A stretch of DNA of 64,000 nt from the NCBI GenBank assembly GCA_036172245.1, contig JAYWIR010000039.1, positions 248,001 through 312,000 of the forward strand, read 5' to 3'. Position numbers and translations under genes: made by a program. Below, piece after piece: positions 13,392-25,192 of the stretch. The stretch comes from Raillietiella orientalis (taxonomy: Eukaryota). The notes below the pieces were generated by a model. That model had not been told where the DNA came from, searched no databases, and was given only the letters and a program-made list of their open reading frames with translations. Every line of letters begins with the position of its first letter. Position 1 is the stretch's first letter.

Positions 13392-16300
13392 ATGGAGATC
13401 GTCGGAGAGTTCGAATACAACCCCAAGGATGTGCTGGGGAGTGGAGCCTTTGCGTTGGTTTACAAAGGAAGATACAAGGAAGTAGGGCCCTTTTTTTTTT
13501 TTTTTGTTCTGTTTTACGAAACAAAGGTCGGGCAATGATCAATCGAAATTTTTAGAATCACGAAAAGATTGTTGCTATCAAGTCCGTTGCCAAAAAAAAT
13601 TTGCAGAAGTCTCACAGCCCCCTTAGTAAAGAAATTAAGATCTTGAAGGTTAGTTTGTGGTTTGGGATGTAGTCATGCAATTGTACACTTAATGCAAACA
13701 GATGAATAAATGTATTTTTGACGATTTGCATTCTAAATACTGTTTTTGTTTTTTTTTACGTGTGGAGATTTAATGCAACTTTTTGGTGATTAAGAATTGT
13801 TCTGTGCATTCCATAATGAATCCATTTAATTTTCTAGGAGTTGACGAGCCTCCATCATGAAAATGTTGTGGCCCTTTTGGATTGCAAGGTATGTCAATTT
13901 GTAAAAAAAAAAAACACCAGTTAGCACATTCGAATCCTTTTATAAAATATAAACAGAAGCTTCCGATTTTCCTCTTGAAAAATGAGTTACATTCTGTACT
14001 GCTTTTGCTTTTGCAAATACGTTTAACGAAAGTTTTCTTTCAAAAAACGTTCACCATGTCTACATGGTAAAGATGCAAAAGAAAAAAAAGTCGAGTATAG
14101 TTCGAAATTTTAGCATTGGGCCTAAAGTCAGTGATGAAAAAGTTTTCCTTCCTCCTTAGTCATAATAGCATAGTTGATCTTATCACCAGTGGTTGATATC
14201 ATGATGATGATTCAAGTTTCTGTTCATGTTAGATTATGTGGCTTTTGTTTTTTCAGGAAACCATTCCCTGTGTGTTTCTTATCATGGAGGTAAGTACAGT
14301 ATGAGCAGATTGGTTCATTATTGTCTTGTTGGCAGTTTTGTAATGCTAAAGATTTGGCAGATTACCTTCATGGTGAGAAGTAGCTTTTTCTTTTGAATGT
14401 ATGGTTAACATTTGTTGTAGCAAAGGGGACACTGAGTGAAGATACCATTTGTTGCTTTACAAATCAGCTTGGTAAGTGAGGCTAAGCTTGAAACTATAAT
14501 GCTTTGTGATAGCTGGAGCCATGAAAGCACTTTATGCCAAAGGCATTGTGCACAGAGACTTGAAGCCACAAAATATTTTACTCAACTGCAAAGGTTGTTT
14601 TGAGTATCCCAATTATCCGGCTCCCAGGAATATCACTCTTAAAATTGGTATATTGCAATCAAGCAGTTAGCTCATGCTAGTGACAAAATATCTGTCTCCT
14701 TTAGCGGATTTTGGTTTTGCACGCTTCCTTCAAGCAGGAGCTATGGCAGCCACCTTGTGTGGATCACCTATGTATATGGTGAAGAAGTGTTTTCACTGTC
14801 AGAGCAGCTGATTTACTGCCATTTTATTAGGCTCCAGAAGTAATTCTTTCATTGGGATATGATGCTAAGGCAGATCTCTGGAGTTTAGGGACAATCCTAT
14901 TCCAATGCTTGGCTGGCAGGGTACCTTTCCAAGCTAGTACTCCACAAGGACTTCATCAGATTTATGAAAAACATACCAACCTTGTACCAAAGTGAGTTGC
15001 ATGAGCATCAAGCCTTCATTTCTGTCCAGAATTCCCGAGGGAACGTCATCTGAACTAAGTGATCTGCTGTTGCGCCTGCTGAAGCGTGTGTCACGAGAGA
15101 GGCTTGAGTTTGATGAATTTTTCGTTCACCCATTTCTGAAATGCGGAAAGAAATCATGTCCTGTTCCTGTACCACATCGTGGTCGCAGCACATCTTCTTC
15201 ACCAGATTCTCCTACCATTGGCGTAACTCCAATCTCTCTCAGTCCAGCAAGAGGGGATCATTACAAGCGCTGCATCTCCCCCTTCACAGGTCTGTGTGTG
15301 TTGGTGATACAAGTTGACTTAAGTGAGCTTCTCCTCTCAAGGTGATACCCCTCCTTCAGCAGGCAGTGATGGCCCACAGCAGGAAAAGTGCAAGATTAGT
15401 TTGTCTCCTCATGATGATGATGTTTCTGATGACTTTGTCATGATATCCTCACAGTTGGTCTTTGAAGACTCCGAGGTGGAAGTTCACAGGTATGAAAGCA
15501 TGGAATGGACAAGGTTTTTGATTGCCTTATACTGCACATAGCAACAAAAACAAGCATCTTCCCGAAGCAGCAAATATGAAGCCAACCAGACTTCCTGTCA
15601 TGGAACCCCAGCCATTAAATTCATTACACAAAGCAATTTGTCCAAAGGGAGGAAGCGGACGCCCAAAGAGTCGAATTGGAACCATTACTAAAGCAATGCC
15701 CAATTCTTCGGTCTTTGGTGACTTTGATATCTCGTCCCTGTCGCCACCTGCTATACAGTTTTCATCCAATCAAAATGTACCATCTTGGAGTCGCCGCCGA
15801 AGATCAAGCTCATCCTCTTGTGCGGCATCCCCACCTTATACTCTACAGACATTTGGAACACGTCCCATGTGGACATTCTTGAACAGTCCTCAGTGTAGCT
15901 CTCCACTAAGAAGATCTCCAAGCCGTTGGTTTCATTCCCCACCGTTTTCTCACCAGGTAGTAAAGTACTCTTCATGTACAGGTATGAATTCGTGTTTGTT
16001 CCAGTGTTGGGGTTCTCAAGGACGATTTTCTCTCGAAGGCGGTGCCGGATATCTCGGAGGGCGAGAACGCACCTTTTCAGATTTCACAACAGAACATTCT
16101 GGTTTCAGTGTGCATTGCCAGAGCCCTCCGCCGTTTTTTGAATGTTTGGGTCCAGTACTTGGTACCCGCGCGAGCCCTCCGCTGGATGCCGGTTTCCCGC
16201 TCGTTGCTCCAGATCTTCCAGAAGAAACTCTAATGGAACGTGAACACAACGAAACTTTGGCGAAGCTCCACTTCATCGGTGTGCTCGTGGATAGCGTGAT

Positions 16301-16978
16301 GGAGCTGGCGCGAAGTCGTGGGACACCGCTGGCGGCCTTGTTAGCCACTGGAGTCGATTCTCAGTATACTCCCGGGCAGGAAAGGGCCGAGCAGTTCGTC
16401 CTGTACCAGCGGGCGCTGCTCCTATTGGCTTCTGCGTTATGCCTAGCCAAAGATGAGTTCTCTGCTGGACGTTTGCATCCATCCGCCTCCGTCAAACGAG
16501 GTAACTTATGCTTGCGTTCACCCACCGCGTACATTCTCCCCCCCCCCCCCTCTTCTTATCCGTAGCCGTGAAGTCCCTGAATGATAAATACATCATGTGT
16601 TTGGGACCGTACCAGACGCTGGGCGATTCGGCGTTCATTCACCAAGTGCAGAAAGATGCTCGCCTGTGCAACATCTCGGCAGATCGCCTGCTCTTCGATT
16701 TCGCCCTGGAAACTTGCCGAAGAGCTGCGTTGGACGAACTCTCGGAGAAGTACACGGAATGCTGCAGACGTTACCAAGTCGCGCAGATCCTTCTGCACAG
16801 TTTGGCCCAGCAAGCGGTTCAGAAGGCGGACAAAGATTCCCTGTTGAAATGTAAGTTTCGCGTGATGCTTGCGAGCACCGTTCTGCAAAGGATACCCTCC
16901 TCAGACAAGGATGCTGTGGAGAAGAGACTTTTCCTCCTGCAAGGACAAGGATATGTGTATGCGTACGACACTTCATGA
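13392..16978 (+). CDS. Atg1: Serine/threonine kinase Atg1/ULK (unc-51-like), complete spliced gene, about 803-816 aa
   Basis: GT-AG exons joined in frame: 13392-13481, 13556-13648, 13838-13888, 14257-14289, 14336-14372, 14421-14471, 14513-14647, 14705-14778, 14831-14991, 15030-15289, 15342-15489, 15542-16500 (possible 39 nt intron 15982-16020), 16566-16850, 16905-16978(TGA); total 2451 nt. Translation: [113 protein letters not shown]-like DDFVMI, C-terminal [20 protein letters not shown]...YKDAVEKRL typical of ULK1/Atg1. Confidence 0.96.
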
Positions 16979-17164
16979 ATTTGTTTTCGATTTTCCCGCA
17001 TGCACTGGACGGCGATCTCAAGTTTTACGCAAAAGCGAACGTTGCAAGTCCACCGAGACAGTGATTACTTCGTCTTATTTCTAGTCTGATACGTTATGGG
17101 ATATTAAAATGTTTTATATAAATTTTTGAACAACCTGACTGTAATGATTCATTGTGATATGCAT

Positions 17165-17170
17165 AATAAA
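17165..17170 (+). promoter_or_regulatory. Probable polyadenylation signal of Atg1
   Basis: AATAAA about 190 nt after the stop codon, in an AT-rich 3' region. Confidence 0.55.
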
Positions 17171-20100
17171 TTGCTAAGAACGGAGCCGAGTATTCAATTT
17201 GGGATGAATGGCGCTTGACCTTGATTCACGTTTTCACGTGCGTAGCTCGTGAACAACGAGCGTCGTCTCGTTTTTTGTTTTTTTTTTTTCCATTCTCTCT
17301 CTGTCTCTCTCTCTCTTCCCCCTTCTCCGCTGAATTGTCATCGATGCAGACCTGGTAGGCGAAGGGTTCGCTGTATTTAGTTGGGCGATTATATGTAACG
17401 GAAAGAGTAAGGCGGAGGAACCAACAGTGCAAAAGTCTTCGGGAGGCTGCTGCGCAAAGGTCCTTCCAGCCGGGGGGGGTCTCCGGCAGAGCACCTCTTT
17501 CGCAATTCCGGGAAGGTTTCCATGCAGGGAAAAGGCCGAGGATGTGTGTAAACGACAGTTGGCGATCCGTGTGCAAACGTGTTTGTTTGGTTATGAGCAA
17601 AGCACACTTCGGTGCACGTGATGATTACACGGCCAGTGCTCAAGAATGAGCGTTGTGGGAATCGTCCTTTGCAGCTGTTCAAGGAAAGCCGGTCGATCTG
17701 CCAGTCCAAGCCATTCGTCAAGCTTTCTAAACTCCCGGGCGATCCCACGAGGCTGCTTCGGCTCAGCTGCTGCAGCAGCCCGAGAAAAATTCACCGGGCA
17801 GGTATGAGCCAGCCTGGCACCAATGAACGAGGCGTGGACCGCAGCAGCATGCTGGCGCTCGGAACAAAGGGTAGGCAAATCAACCTCACATCGTCGGTAG
17901 GGTTCGGTTCTTGATCTGAATGTGCTTCATTAGCTTCCTGAGGAAAAGACGTTGTGACTTTCAGCAACAGTTTTGCTCGCTTCTTCGATCTGTACCGACT
18001 GTTCCGCCGCCCCCCCCCCTTCCGCGATGTATCTCTTACGATCAAAGTCAACCCATTCCTTTGTTCCGAAAGAGTTGGGCTCGATCAGGCTGGCCTCACT
18101 TGGCTTCACTTCCAGAGCAAGGCTTGCTGTTGCGTGGTTGCTGCTGCCGTTAGACAGTTCCCCAAATGCTTGACTTCCGACGAGAGCTTTGGGAAAGTCC
18201 TTGCACGGCAGAAAACACTTTAAAATAATTTCTGTTTGAGTGAGACGGTGAGGCTTGTCTGCAGGAGGCTTTTCGAGACAAAAACAAAAGAGAGAGAGAG
18301 AGAAAAAAAAAGGAGACAAAAGAAGAAAATAAAAACGTGTACGGCTTTTCCACGCATCCCGTTCCGTGTCGTGGTGGCCATTCTCTCTCTGGTTTTCCCT
18401 CTACGCAAGCAGAATCAACGACGATTTGATCAGATGAAAGAATTCGAGATGATATAAGCAAGAAACTAAAAACGCCTATAAATGTTGTACATGTTGGCAC
18501 TGATGAAGGGAGGCTTTTTTTTTTTTTTAACGGGAATCCTGGGAAAAGAATTTGTGGAGGAAACGCACCTTCTTGAAATTCCAACTACCGTCGACTGAGG
18601 TCGGAAAAGCTCCTGGAAAACGGCAGAGTCGTCGCACGTATGTTATCGCGCGCATGACCTCCACTTGTTCTCCGCGAAGCGAAAGTGTCTTCGCCTGCCT
18701 GCGAAATTTTAGGGACTCACAGGATAGCACCTCACAGTCGCGCCGACCGGAAGGATGGCACCTCCTTCCCTTGATATCCGCATGCTTGGATTGGGGAGCT
18801 GCTGCATCTCCGTCAAGTTTCCGCGCGCGTCCTTCTCTGCCTTTGGGAGGTTCCTTTCGATTCCGGGACGGACAGTACCTTGGCAGCTTTGTACCTTCAA
18901 GAGGCTATGCTTCGGCACGCTTGGGCTTCCCCTAGGCAGACACAGCGTCAGATAAAGATCTGAATGTTGCGCAGCCACTGCGAATCGTGATGTCGAAAAA
19001 TACCCACCACGGAATGTGGTCAGAAGGCACAGAGTGCGCGCTCTGTGGCGCCTGCGGTTTTAAACCAACACGCAACTGCACGCAACACCCAGCTGCAGGA
19101 GCGCTGGTTTCAGGTTGTTCGTGAGAGGGATGAGGTTCGCGGGTGCACCTCGTCGCAGATCTAACGTTTTCCAAGGCGAGAACCCGAAGTGCTGAACGTT
19201 AGCTGCCTGCAGAAGGACGCTCACGTAAGAGAGAGGGAGAGAGAGAGGGGGAAGGAGGGAGAGTGGGTGGATGACTTGTAAAGACGGCACTCTTCGCCGA
19301 TCGAAACGGAAGTAGAGCTTTCAGCTCGATGTTTAAAAAAACTTTTCCTCCTTTGCAAACGCAAATCATGTCTTCACTGATTTGCGATGCAAATCCGGTG
19401 ATCGGATTGGTAGCTGGCAAGCACACAGCATCGTTTCGAGTGTATCAACCCCCGGGAAACGTCGAGGAAGGAAAGAAAAGGTGAGGAAAAAAATAAACAT
19501 AATAAAGCGGTCCTGCTGATGCTGTACGCGGGGAAGATCCGCGGAACCAAAAAGGCCCCCCCCCCCTTTTTCTTTTTCTCTGCAATCTTCAGTTCCAGCA
19601 ACACGTAGCGTCTGCCGGCTTGCGCACAGGAGGAAAAGTAGCAATTGGTGCAGAGCTGGAACGCGAAGACCTTGAAGGGAGGTGCATCTTCGGTGCCGGC
19701 AAAACCGTTCGGTAGAATCTGTTCACGTACCCTTTAAATCATGCTTGAGCACATGCCTGACAGGAGCAAGTCGCTGGAGCCGTTATCAGGAAACTGGATA
19801 TTGCTACATTCGCCTTTCAGGATTCATCTTTGCCTAGGAAAGCGCTCCGGGATGCAGAATACACACCTTCAGCTGCTGTGCGTTTGATCTGGGAATTTCC
19901 GTTCCTTTAGAGGCCGGTCAGACCAGCCAACAGTCGATATCCGAGTTTCAGTGGGGGAGGGGGGAGGCGAGGTCTGAGCCGTTATCTGCTTGATCTCGCT
20001 CGATCCCTTCGTATACATGGCGAAGGACATTGCTGCGTACCTGAAACGGTTCCCTCTCACTTTTCGAGGGGGTCGTTTCGACAAGGCGCCTCCCTAATTT

Positions 20101-20899
20101 TAGAAGATGCGGCAGCGGTGCCGATCTTTGAGGGAGGAGGGGAAGGAGGGTTCTGCTTCCGTTTCGTTTCGCTCCAAGGTCGTCGCTTGCCGGGTTCTTC
20201 CGTGGGCAGTGTGTGGAGCCGCTCACTGTCATGAGGTTTCCCGCCGGCGCGTGAGCGGCACGCGCGCAGGTAAACATGGAAACGAGACGCGGAGGGTGGT
20301 CACCCACACCACTTCCTACTCCTAGTCTTCTTCTTCCATCCGCATCCGGATATCCCGCCTGAGGGAGGAGATGAATGCCGCTCCACCGCGGCGTGGTTTC
20401 AGGCCGGAAAACTCGATTTTCTAGGAACGTTGGGAAGTGCCGAGTGCGCCCTACCTGCCGCGGCTCCGCGCGCGGTATCTACGCCCTGCGACCTTGTCCC
20501 ACTTGTGAAACCTCGACGGGATCGGGGGAGGTGCGGGTTTCCGTCCTGGAACAAATCCGAGTGGTCGCTAGGTTCTCATGGCATCCAGAGAAGACTTGCC
20601 CCTTCCTTCCGTCCCACTCCGGCGGAGCTGGGTCGGAGGTGCCGAGGACGAAATTCTCCGCTAAGGAGCAGCGCGTCCATCGCAGGGATGCAGGGAACCC
20701 GTTCCGGATGGCTCCTTGTAGAGCCGGAGACCTCGTCCCCATGATGGAACGGTTCGACCGTCTCGACCTCCACTCCCCTACAGGAGAAACTCTTCCGCCC
20801 CCGCGCTAGGGGCCGTGCGAAGGCGAAAAGCGGGAAGGGGGCGCTCGTATGATCGACAATCACGGGCAGTGGCCTCCCTTCTTCCGGACCTCCGCCCAG

Positions 20900-21255
20900 T
20901 AGATCAAGGGACCGTCCTGCCCTCGCGTGCGTTTTGTGCGTTTGCGGCGCTTTTCCACGAGAAAGCGACCGGGGTGTGCAGGCGCACCCGAACCCGCCCA
21001 ACAGTCCCGGAGGATCGTCTTTGAAGGTGTTCCCTTATTTTTGGTCCGCCAAGTGCTGAAGAACCATCCGTCTTCCTGGCGGGGGCTCTTTGATGATGTT
21101 CCACGCCACCTGAGGGCACGTCTCAACTCTTCAAGCTGTAGGGGTAATCTCGGAGGGGACTACACCCTACGGATCCAGAAAGGTTTCTGGAGAAAGGGGT
21201 TCGTTCCTCTTACGGGGAACCCCGAAGGGAACCCTCGCCCTGGGTTGCCTCCGAT
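20900..21255 (-). mobile_element. Fragment of UUCG-rich/ORF1-start repeat family
   Basis: Reverse complement contains CCCTTCGGG, TTTCTGGATCCGTAGGGTG, LEELR and VLQHLA, matching 8890-9040. Lower boundary is approximate. Confidence 0.55.
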
Positions 21256-22600
21256 TTCCACCCGGACACGCCGGGGCGTTTCTTGGAATTGAAAACAGAC
21301 TCGTCAATTGCTGTAGGATACGTGGTTCCTACCACACTCCGTTTGTCCACGGACCTGCCGGGTGGTCGGCGGTGCGCACACCGTCGGAGCTCTCCTCGGC
21401 AGTGGAGGGGGAGGGAAGAAAAGAAAAAGAAAAAGCAAATAGAAAAATAGATGAGAATCTTTGGGAGAGATCCCTGTCCGCTGGAGGGAGTCCTGTGCAT
21501 CCTTTCCATGGATGCCGTCTAGGTCCGTCCTGATGGCACCCAGGTGGGGCCATCTGGCCACCATCCGTTGGAAGCGGAAGTGCACACTCAATGATGTCCC
21601 TCTCGTTTCTTCCGCCGTCGGCTTCGCCCCAGGCCTCTACGATCCCGCGGGTGCAGCAAGGAGGAGCTGCTGGGGCTGTAGCTGGATGCAGGGCGTCCCG
21701 CACGAAGAGGAGCCGTAAGACTGTCCCCGAGGGTGCCAACATGGATCCAGAAGGTCGTTTCAAAAAGTTCCCATGGGACCAGAAGGCAACGCAGTACTTC
21801 AAGAACTGTCGTTCTTCTAGAGGCTCACGGAGGTCTTTAACGTTGTCCACGTCATTCGAGGGTGCGTGTGTTAACTCTTCGAGATAGGGGGTTCCTCGGA
21901 AGGGGGCACCACCATACGAATCCAGGAAGGGCTCCAGAGGAAGAAAGTCCGTTCCTCCCTTACCCTTGGGAGGAAACCCCGAAGGAAACCCCTCCACCCT
22001 GGTTGTCTCCGAAAAGAACCTCGAAAGGAATCTCCTTCCTTGTTCTCTCCGGAGGGACCCCCGGAGAGATCCGCTCCATTTTTCTTCTCCGAAGGGAACC
22101 CGGAAAGGATCCGCTCCTGGGATGCCTTCTCCGGAGGAAATTCCCGAAAGGGAACCGCTCCTGTTTACTCTTCCTCTAAAGAGAACACCGAAGGGACGCT
22201 CTCCGATTTCTCTCTGAAGGGCTCCTCCTCGAAGAAGGCAGCGCGCATCTGGTACTCTGGAGAGGCAACCCCCCCGAGGGGCGCATCACTCCCAGCTCCG
22301 TGACACACCTCTATCCTCACAACCGAGGGGGAACCCCGAAGGGCTCCCTGATGTCCTGGGAGGACCCCGGAAGGTCGACCCCCAACCCGGCTGGTCAACG
22401 GGGGCATACGGGGGTTTTAGAATTCCATCGGTGCCGCACCCGAGTAGGCCAGCCAGCGTCGTCCTGCGGGAGGAGGGAGGGGGTTCGAAACCCACGACGC
22501 ACCTCCCCATTTTTTCTGGCGTCGATCCTTCCCCCCCAGTGGGATTCGAACTCTCAACGCCAAGTGCCACGCGCGGAGAAGGCCGCAGCCGGGCGGCCGC
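21256..22600 (-). mobile_element. Internally deleted element: UUCG-rich 5' region and ORF1 start fused to a subfamily 1 3' end
   Basis: ORF 21329-21997 joins FLDSYGGAPFRGTPYLEELTHAPSNDVD to LFVRDALHPA..CCTRGIVEAW. Terminus AAGAAACGCCCCGGCGTGTCCGGGTGGAA (reverse complement of 21256-21284). Confidence 0.7.
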
Positions 22601-24249
22601 CAATGCGGGCCCTAGGAGCGCGTGGAAGGCGCTTTCTTGCACCCACGGAGTTGTCGTCCGCGCTGCGCTCACTCGCGGCACGAAGCGCCCGCACAGACGG
22701 CGAGAACTCCCTCTCCCTCCAAGGAGGTCGGGAGCCGAGGTTGACGGGAAGAAATCGAAAACTGATTAGTTATTCCTGCTAATTGGGAAGAGGAGGAGGA
22801 GGAAGGGGGGGGGGACGAGGGGCGATGGATTCGCTGTTCGGGGAGCGGCCGCCGCGACCTTTTCGGGAGAGGCCCGCATGAAGCGAAGCACCCTGCAGTT
22901 CTATTTCGGTGATGTGCACCTGAGCACGGCGAGCGCGTGTCAGTGACACTGTTGCTCGCGGCGCATTTGACGAGGAGGGCGATTCTCGAGCTGGCACCTC
23001 GCGACAGCGATCCCCCAACAATAGGGCGGGATGACCTTGAGACCCGGGGGCGGGGGGGGGGAAGGGGAAGCAAGCGCGTCTTGCTTGTTCCCGCTCTGGC
23101 CGCGCGGGATAGGATGATGCAAGATCGTGCGCCTACTGTAAGCCGCGCAGGAGAGCGGTGCGCAGCAGCACCTTCCCCCGCCGTGTGTCCAAACGTCGAA
23201 CATGCGATCTTCTTCTCCGTGCCGCAGGTGCAGAAGGAAAAGCGACGTTACGGTTGCCGGCGAGGGTGACGTCAGTGCGGCGCGAACCTCGCAGCAGACG
23301 CGATAGCGCGTCTGCTGCGGGGAGCGCGTCTGGAAACGCTCTGTCTCCGAGCCGCGGGGTCGAGTTCCCTCCCCCCCTCCTAACGGTGGAGTGAGAACAG
23401 CTGGTCATTTGCTGGCCTGTTGCTATGAATGGACCACGGAGCCATCGGGAGGCATCTCGCTTCAAGGTTACGAGAGGCGGCGGCTCCTGCGCGCGATTTC
23501 GTCCCGCCCGCCGCCGCGCCACGGCGCAACAGTGGCGGGGCAGAGACCAGGTGCACAGGAAGGTGGCGGCAGAGGCCGGATTCCCGGCTCGTGGAGGCGA
23601 TTCCCCGGGGGATATCAAGGCGTCGCAGCATCTTACCCGTGCTTCCTCCCTCTGAAGCGCGCCGGCAGCGCTTGAGAAGCCGCGCTAAGGATTTCCCTGC
23701 TCTTGCACTTTGGCAGGCGGCGCACCGGGAACCACGGTCATCCATCCTTGCCTCCTGGCTGTCCTCCCTCCCACCCCATCCTCCTTCACTCAGGGGCGCG
23801 GTCCCACGAAGGTACCTTCATCCCAGCCGGAAGCCCTCCTGTGTTGCCAACAGCTTTCACTGAGGTGGCTGGTGCGCGCGGCGTTTCCTTCCCGACGGCG
23901 CTCCGTCGATCCCAATCAGCGACCAGCCCGGGAAGGAAACATCCAGCGTCCAACGCATCCAGGATGTCTGCTGCACACGCCAGCCGCGACATCCCCCAGG
24001 CGACCGAGCACGCGCACGCGCACCTGAGCAGTCGGGTGGTCATAAGATGGCCAAGAGCCACGCTTGGCACCCAGAGCAACCCTGAAATCCCAATGAGCAA
24101 GTGCGGTCCAACAGCGGAAGCTCCCAGAGATAGAGAGCAGCTGCGGGTTCGAACCTCGGTGGTCAACGAGCGCAAGAACATCGCGCCATCACAACGCGCC
24201 GTTCTTCTGTACGCGGCCCTGGCTGCCACGGAGCAGCGCATCTCGTCTC

Positions 24250-25192
24250 CCCGGAAACCGCGGCAGGTCGAAGGGCAGGCGTGGACGCATCTCCCCTGCC
24301 CGCCGCCGAAGTGCAGCGCGTGGCGGGCGCGTCCCTCCTTCGTCCCGTTCCACGCCTTGGGGCAGCGGACCCGCAGGAGGGCGGGCGACCGTGCCCCGAG
24401 GAGTGGGCGGACGCCGAGCCGCCCTCCCCAAGGGGAGCGCCGGGACCACAAAGGCCGCGGAGTTGGGCTGTGTGGGAGGAGTTGGGACCTCCTTTCGCGT
24501 GGCAGGAGCCGGCGAACCCACAGTCAGGTCGGTCCGGGAACTTTCGGACGCCGCAGCGCCAAGCGCTCGCCTCCAAACACCGCTCCGTCCTGGACGGTCC
24601 AGTGGCTCTGGTTGCTAGGGAACCTCCTCCCCCTAGCAACCAGCGCCTGCGGCGTCAGTGGGAGGAGAGGATCCGCTCGCTTGACCGCCAGTTCCTCCGA
24701 GGCGGGTGGCAGCCAGGGACAGCGGCCCTCTTGCGCTCCCGGAGGACTCCCGTCGGTGGCCCCATCCCGCGCTGCGCCATCCGAACAGCAGTCACGGGTC
24801 GCCTCCCGGTGGATCCGCGAACGCCCGCTTCACCCCACCTCACGAATCGGAGAGGGGACGAGGCGGGATGGCCACACACCTGTTCCGAAAACCGAGAGGA
24901 CGCCGCCCGGATCGCGGGGAGGTCGCGAGAAACACGGAAATGCGGTGACCTCTCGCTTGCTCTTTCCTCGCCCGTTTCCCGGAGGTGACCGACGTTTCCC
25001 CGCACCGCACGTGCCCGGATCCGTTCCCTGATTTTTGTGTCTTCCGTCGCCCGCCGCCGAGCGCGCTTTCCCCCTCTTTGTCGGCGACTTGCGAGTCATG
25101 GTTCCCCGGATCGCGCACCCTGAGGACACGCGGATGCCCGTCCCCGGCCTGCTTGGTTTCCCGGCGCGACCGGGTCCGGAGCAACGACGAAG
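24250..25192 (+). repeat. Dispersed GC-rich repeat; inverted copy at 44865-47134 interrupted by retrotransposons
   Basis: 24250-24752 matches the reverse complement of 46578-47134; 24969-25192 matches the reverse complement of 44865-45105. Confidence 0.88.
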
